Origin: Candidatus Sumerlaeaceae bacterium
Lineage (GTDB): Bacteria; Sumerlaeota; Sumerlaeia; Sumerlaeales; Sumerlaeaceae
Reading direction: 5' to 3'
Length of the DNA stretch: 64,000 bases
Assembly (NCBI GenBank): GCA_051003195.1
Contig: JBPCLP010000028.1
Coordinates: forward strand, 32,001 to 96,000
The notes beneath the pieces were generated by a model, which saw only the letters and a list, made by a program, of their open reading frames with translations, ran no database searches and had not been told where the DNA came from. A program made the position numbers and the translations under genes. Position 1 is the stretch's first letter, and every line of letters begins with the position of its first letter. Of this stretch, positions 59,289 through 64,000 are shown piece after piece.

Positions 59289-60422
59289 CTACAGCGCCGT
59301 CAGATCCGGCAATGGCAGTGGATGTCCAAAGTAAAACCCTTGCGCACAATCGAAACCCAGCCGCTCACACATTGCCGCCTCTTCCGCGGTTTCGATACCT
59401 TCCGCTAACGTGGTCACGCCGAGGTCCCTCGCGTATCGTATCAGGACCTCCACCATTTGCTGGCGCTGCCGAGGCGCCTCGTGAATCTTCTCCACCATGC
59501 AGCGATCGAACTTTAAGTAATCCGGGGGCGCCTCCGAAAGCTCCATCAGTCGCGCCTGCCCTGCGCCGAAGTCATCGTAGGCGAGCTTCATATTCTGCTC
59601 ACCCAGCTTCGAATGAAAATCCCGCATGGCGCGAGGGTTCGTAACGAGGCTTTCATGTACTTCCACGGTCAGCCGCAAACGCGGAAATTGGAATCGCATC
59701 TCCGCAAGCATTTTGGCAAGTTCATCGAGGTTCTTTGTTTCACCTGGATGCACATTAACAAACAGCTCGTATGAACTCGGCAAGGTACTGCACGCCTGCA
59801 ATCCCGTCGAGCGAAACAGTCGGCTCAGTTCACCTTCCATACTGCAGCCGGCTGCGAGATGGAACAGTTCAGGCGCGGAAGTTGGCACACCTTCCATGCC
59901 GCCGCGGCCCAGCAACTCGTATGCAAATACCTCACCACTTCCGAGCCGGATCAGCGGCTGAAAAAACGGGATCACGGCTTTACGTCGTACCATTTCGAGG
60001 AACTCACGCGTCCCGACGGCGAACTGCTCAGGCAGAACACCTTCAAATTCACACGTCTCGCTGAAGTCGTGCGACGGCTCGTCGACTTCCACACCCACGC
60101 GAAACTCGGTCGCGCCGAAATGCAGCACATCGCCCACGTTCACCGCCGTGGGTTGCGCGATCCGGTTACGGTTTACGAAAGTGCCGTTGCGGCTGGCGAG
60201 ATCCCGCACCATTAACGCCCCATCCTGAAAGTACAACTCCGCATGAACCCGGGAAATGTTCGTGAAGTTCAGCGGCAGTGGCAGGTCAGCCTTGCGCCCA
60301 ACCTGGAACGGAACCGGGCGAATCGGTATCTGGCGCATGTTACCACGCGCCTCGGAATATCCCTCCAGGTACCACGTCGTGCTCTCGACTGGCGGACTGA
60401 TGCCTGCATCGGGATTATCCAT
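59289..60422 (-). CDS. FHA-EAL domain protein (putative c-di-GMP phosphodiesterase)
   Basis: FHA: VGR, SRVHA, DLASRNGTFVN. EAL: FQP, YELLGR, FVN, EVHE, DDFGAG, KFDR, AEGIE, QGF. Confidence 0.92.
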   Translation of the reverse strand: MDNPDAGISPPVESTTWYLEGYSEARGNMRQIPIRPVPFQVGRKADLPLPLNFTNISRVHAELYFQDGALMVRDLASRNGTFVNRNRIAQPTAVNVGDVLHFGATEFRVGVEVDEPSHDFSETCEFEGVLPEQFAVGTREFLEMVRRKAVIPFFQPLIRLGSGEVFAYELLGRGGMEGVPTSAPELFHLAAGCSMEGELSRLFRSTGLQACSTLPSSYELFVNVHPGETKNLDELAKMLAEMRFQFPRLRLTVEVHESLVTNPRAMRDFHSKLGEQNMKLAYDDFGAGQARLMELSEAPPDYLKFDRCMVEKIHEAPRQRQQMVEVLIRYARDLGVTTLAEGIETAEEAAMCERLGFDCAQGFYFGHPLPLPDLTAL

Positions 60423-60598
60423 GGACGTTATGGCCGAAATGTCGTGCGGGTCGATACTGCATTTTGCCTCATTCGAAGCGAAGACTTAACCATGCAGGTT
60501 CGTGGATTAAACCAGCAAGGGAAAAGCTGTCCTGAACCCCGCACCACAGCGCGGAGTTCGCAGCGTCAGCTCGCCCTTAAAGCCACGAACGTCCGACA

Positions 60599-61159
60599 TC
60601 AGATCTCCATCACGTCCTTCTCTTTACGGGTCACCATATCGTCGATCTCTTTGACAAATTTATCGGTGATCTCCTGCACCTGCTTCGTGGCGCGGGTCCG
60701 GTCATCCTCGGTAATCTCGTGCGTTTTCTCGGTCTTCTTGATTTCATCGTTGGAGTGGCGGCGGATATTCCGGACAGCGACGCGCCCTTCTTCCGCCATT
60801 TTCTTTGCCAGTTTCACCAACTCTTTGCGACGCTCCTCGGTCAGCGGCGGCACCGTCATCCGGATCATCTTGCCGTCATTGGTCGGCGTCATGCCGAGAT
60901 TCGCTGCTAACAGGGATTTCTCAATCGGTCCCGTCATGTTCTTGTCGAACGGCTGCACGGCAATCGAGCGTGCATCCGGCGTGGAGATGGTGGCCAATTG
61001 TTTGAGCGGCATCTTCGACCCATACGCATCCACCTGCAAAGTATCGATCAGGGCGACTGAAGCACGACCCGTACGCAGGCTGGCAAATTCATGGTCCACC
61101 GCCTCAACCGCCTTATGCATCTTGTCCTGCGCCTGCTTATAGATATCGTTAAGTTGCAT
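60599..61159 (-). CDS. frr: ribosome recycling factor
   Basis: LRTGRAS, YGSKMPL, PPLTEERRKELVK, RVAVRNIRR. Confidence 0.98.
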   Translation of the reverse strand: MQLNDIYKQAQDKMHKAVEAVDHEFASLRTGRASVALIDTLQVDAYGSKMPLKQLATISTPDARSIAVQPFDKNMTGPIEKSLLAANLGMTPTNDGKMIRMTVPPLTEERRKELVKLAKKMAEEGRVAVRNIRRHSNDEIKKTEKTHEITEDDRTRATKQVQEITDKFVKEIDDMVTRKEKDVMEI

Positions 61160-61883
61160 CCGAATCTCCTCCTACAAAGGTGCCCACCTGTTCCCCTTCC
61201 ACCACGCGCCGGATGTTTCCCGGCTTGTGCATGTCGAAGACAATAATGGGTATGGTGTTTTCACGGCAAAGAGAAATGGCTGTCGCGTCCATCACGCGCA
61301 GGTTTGCCGTCAGAGCTTCTGTAAAACTTACGTGTTCATAGAGCCGGGCGGCGCTGTCTTTCTTCGGATCAGCTGTGTACACGCCATCCACGTTCGTTGC
61401 TTTTAATATGACCTCGGCGTCGATCTCCGCTCCGCGCAGTGCAGCAGCTGTGTCCGTCGTGAAGAACGGGTTCCCCGTGCCGCATGCAAAAATTACCACC
61501 CGTCCTTTTTCCAGGTGGCGGATAGCGCGGCGGCGGATGTAGCTCTCCGCCACTTCCTTGATTTCAAGCCCGCTCAGAATTCGAGTCTGCAATCCAACTG
61601 CTTCAAAGGATGCCTGTAGCGCCATCGCATTGAGCATCGTCGCCAGCATGCCCATGTAGTCGCCCACGGCCCGGTCAATCTCCTCCGCAAAAGCCGCCCC
61701 CCGCAGAAAGTTTCCCCCGCCGATGACAACCGCAAGTTCCACACCCGTGTTTTCGATCAGGTCGCGGATCTGGTCCGCCAGCTCGTGCACGAAATGAAAA
61801 TCCAGTCCAAATTCCTGGGTGCCCTTCAGGGCCTCGCCTGATAACTTCAATAAAACGCGTTTGTAGCGCTTCCGGATGCTCAT
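61149..61883 (-). CDS. pyrH: uridylate kinase
   Basis: KLSGEAL, GGGNFLRG, DYMGMLAT, GTGNPFFTTD, VDGVY, VMDATA. Confidence 0.98.
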   Translation of the reverse strand: MSIRKRYKRVLLKLSGEALKGTQEFGLDFHFVHELADQIRDLIENTGVELAVVIGGGNFLRGAAFAEEIDRAVGDYMGMLATMLNAMALQASFEAVGLQTRILSGLEIKEVAESYIRRRAIRHLEKGRVVIFACGTGNPFFTTDTAAALRGAEIDAEVILKATNVDGVYTADPKKDSAARLYEHVSFTEALTANLRVMDATAISLCRENTIPIIVFDMHKPGNIRRVVEGEQVGTFVGGDSDAT

Positions 61884-61956
61884 CTCGGGCGTACCACGCG
61901 GTCACGATTGGGCGAAATCAAGGGGAAGGATGACCACGCAAACCTGGGCGTAATAA

Positions 61957-62403
61957 TTAGCTCAGCCGCTCCACGTTTAGCTTAATGGTGGCTGTTACTT
62001 CCGGGTGTATTTTAAGGCTGATGTTGTGCGGCCCCAGGGTCTTGATAGGTTCTGGTGTTTCGATTTGTCTCTTATCGATGAGAAAGCCCTGCACCTCAAG
62101 AGCCTTTGCGATATCGGCTGTAGTCACCGCGCCAAACAGCTTTTCCCCCGCGCCCGCCTTGGCTTTCATGGTGACGGTGATGTTCCCTAGTTTCGCCGCG
62201 AGTTCCTTCGCCTCCCCCGACTTTTGAGACGCCAGCTCGATCGCCTTCTTCTTCATCGTCTCATAGCGCTTCAGGGATGCCGGCGTAGCTTCCTCGGCCA
62301 GCTTATTGGGTTTCAGGTAATTGCGGAAGTAGCCGTCTGATACCTTTACCAGGTCCCCCTGCCGGCCCAGTCCTTTTACGTGATCGAATAGTATGACTTC
62401 CAT
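61957..62403 (-). CDS. rplI: 50S ribosomal protein L9
   Basis: MEVIL...GLGRQGDLVKVSDGYFRNYL, KLFGAVT, PIKTLG; GGAGG RBS. Confidence 0.97.
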   Translation of the reverse strand: MEVILFDHVKGLGRQGDLVKVSDGYFRNYLKPNKLAEEATPASLKRYETMKKKAIELASQKSGEAKELAAKLGNITVTMKAKAGAGEKLFGAVTTADIAKALEVQGFLIDKRQIETPEPIKTLGPHNISLKIHPEVTATIKLNVERLS

Positions 62404-62618
62404 TGTGGTGCGCCTCCGGTTGGTTTCAGTTCCGCTTTAAATTTCGAGTCTGGTAAGATACCACGGATCCTGGCTTCCGTTGGTTGGGCGATCAATGCAT
62501 TTATGCTCAACCGCGCTCCCCACCTGCTGCGCGCTCTTCAAGCACCCTGCACCATCGCGTTGCGACCGTTTCCGCTTGCGGCAAGCTGCAATCGCACGTC
62601 TGGTTCGTCTCCCCTTCA

Positions 62619-63650
62619 ATGCACAGTCACATTATAAAGAGAATCGTCTGGTTCTGCGTCCTGGTCGTGCTGCTCTACGCGTTCTGGGTTATCGCGACCA
62701 ATTACCGAAACAACGTAGCCACCTTACGCGACTTCCCATGGCGCCGCATTCCGCTCATCCTCGCTGCCGTTACAATGAACTTCCTCATCCGCGAACTGAA
62801 ATGGACCTACTTCTGCCGCGTGGCAGGAATCCAGGCCCCGCGACTCGGCCATTTTCTCATCTACTTCAGTGGTCTTTCCATGACCATCAGCCCCGGTCGC
62901 GTCGGCGAGTTGATCAAGCCCTTCATGTACAAGGAGTACTTTGGGAACAAGATGCGGCGAACCGTGCCGCTGGTCTTCTGCGAGCGTGTGTCGGATCTGT
63001 TGGGTATGATCATAGTCGCAGCACTTACCATCGCCATGTACATGCACGGAGCGGCGCGAGCCGGTCATTCGCACGGCACGATGACCCGGTTAATCTACGG
63101 GTTTCTTGTGCTGTCGTTTATTTTTACAATCATACTTCTATATGTGGCCAGGCATCGGCGGCTGGTCTATCGCCTGATCCGCTGGATGACACGCCATGAA
63201 AAGCTTCGCAGGACCGGGAAAAAAATACAGACCCTGTACTTCTCCACCTACCCGCTCCTGACGGTAAAGAACCTGGCATTCACGACCCTCCTCGCCGCCA
63301 TCTCGTGGTCGTTTGAATGCGTCGCCCTTATGATGATCCTGCATGGAACCAATGCGACGGCTGTCACCCTCGGAGAGTCCGCCTTTGTTTTCTGCATGGC
63401 GACGATCTTCGGCGGGTTCCTCTTTTTCGCTCCAGGCGGCCTTGGCGGCTTCGAGGGAAGCGCCAAGGTGATGCTGACCTTACTCGGTTTGACCGACGCA
63501 CAAATTGTCCCCGCCGTGCTCATCACCCGCTTCTGCACCTTGTTTTACAGCGTCGTCATCGGTTTCGTGTTCATCCTGCTCACCAGCCTGAAGTACCACA
63601 AGCGCATGCAGTGGGAAGAGTTCGAGCACGCGCGCGAAACGACCGACTGA
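62619..63650 (+). CDS. lysylphosphatidylglycerol synthase TM-domain / flippase-like protein
   Basis: About 8 TM segments; PGRVGELIK, ERVSD, PGGLGGFEG. Confidence 0.85.
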   Translation: MHSHIIKRIVWFCVLVVLLYAFWVIATNYRNNVATLRDFPWRRIPLILAAVTMNFLIRELKWTYFCRVAGIQAPRLGHFLIYFSGLSMTISPGRVGELIKPFMYKEYFGNKMRRTVPLVFCERVSDLLGMIIVAALTIAMYMHGAARAGHSHGTMTRLIYGFLVLSFIFTIILLYVARHRRLVYRLIRWMTRHEKLRRTGKKIQTLYFSTYPLLTVKNLAFTTLLAAISWSFECVALMMILHGTNATAVTLGESAFVFCMATIFGGFLFFAPGGLGGFEGSAKVMLTLLGLTDAQIVPAVLITRFCTLFYSVVIGFVFILLTSLKYHKRMQWEEFEHARETTD

Positions 63651-63664
63651 CCGCCTGCCTCCTG

Positions 63665-64000
63665 CTATTTTGAGTCGGTGGTTTGTTGGTCCGCAGGAGC
63701 TGCTGCTGATGCTGCACCCGTAGTTTCCGCACTGCCGGTCGTCTGCGCGATCGCCACCGAAATTGTCGCGCTGGTCTCCACCGCTTTCGGCAGGTTTTTC
63801 GGAGCCAGCAGCGCTTCCTCCTTGAAGCGCATGGCCAGTGTCCCCGTCTCCACCATATCAGCCAGGCGCCCCTCTTTCTGCATGGTTTCCAGTTGTGCCG
63901 CCTGTTGCGCAAAAGGAGCCGTAGGATACCGCGTCGCCGCCTCTTTTACAAAGCCCACGGCCGCGTCGACTTCGCCCTGGCGGATAAGCGCTTCCGTCAA
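63665..64000 (-). CDS. C-terminal part of a TPR-like protein (5' end outside the window)
   Basis: Helical ALIRQGEVDAA...RYPTAPFAQQA pattern; stop at 63665-63667 converging on the neighbouring gene. Confidence 0.55.
   Translation of the reverse strand: MTEALIRQGEVDAAVGFVKEAATRYPTAPFAQQAAQLETMQKEGRLADMVETGTLAMRFKEEALLAPKNLPKAVETSATISVAIAQTTGSAETTGAASAAAPADQQTTDSK

Overview
Gene-dense, moderately GC-rich bacterial chromosomal segment with about 58 supportable CDSs; no rRNA, intact tRNA, CRISPR array, transposase or integrase was seen. Housekeeping genes (ruvA, rarA, rsmA/ksgA, hpt, gltX, dxr, rseP, khpB/jag, metF, cdd, psuG, frr, pyrH, rplI) are shuffled out of their usual operons. They sit among alpha-glucan/trehalose genes (glgC, treY, a GH57/DUF3536 protein and a very divergent second GH57-like protein), signalling genes (a 2137-aa poly-HAMP hybrid kinase with about 12 x 276-bp repeats, two divergent response regulators, an FHA-EAL protein, an ECF sigma module), a sulfatase, DUF1800/DUF1501, two PhyH-type dioxygenases and an orphan BMC vertex gene. 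The gene content suggests a PVC-like or Sumerlaeota-like organism (inference only). The most notable unexplained structures are: (1) a family of ~60-95-bp palindromic elements (GTGTGCCG...CGGCACAC) with compensatory base changes, in four copies, bracketing ruvA and starting at TAG stop codons; (2) a ~1.2-kb AT-richer, transposase-less cassette (54116-55336) bounded by inverted repeats, carrying a MazF/PemK-type toxin-antitoxin pair and an unannotated 47-aa two-helix membrane ORF; (3) a predicted structured RNA ending in a U-tract (55572-55657) upstream of the wecA-like/cdd/psuG/metF run; (4) a probable CTG-initiated, active-site-divergent psuG. All family calls come from motif recognition by eye; no database searches were run.
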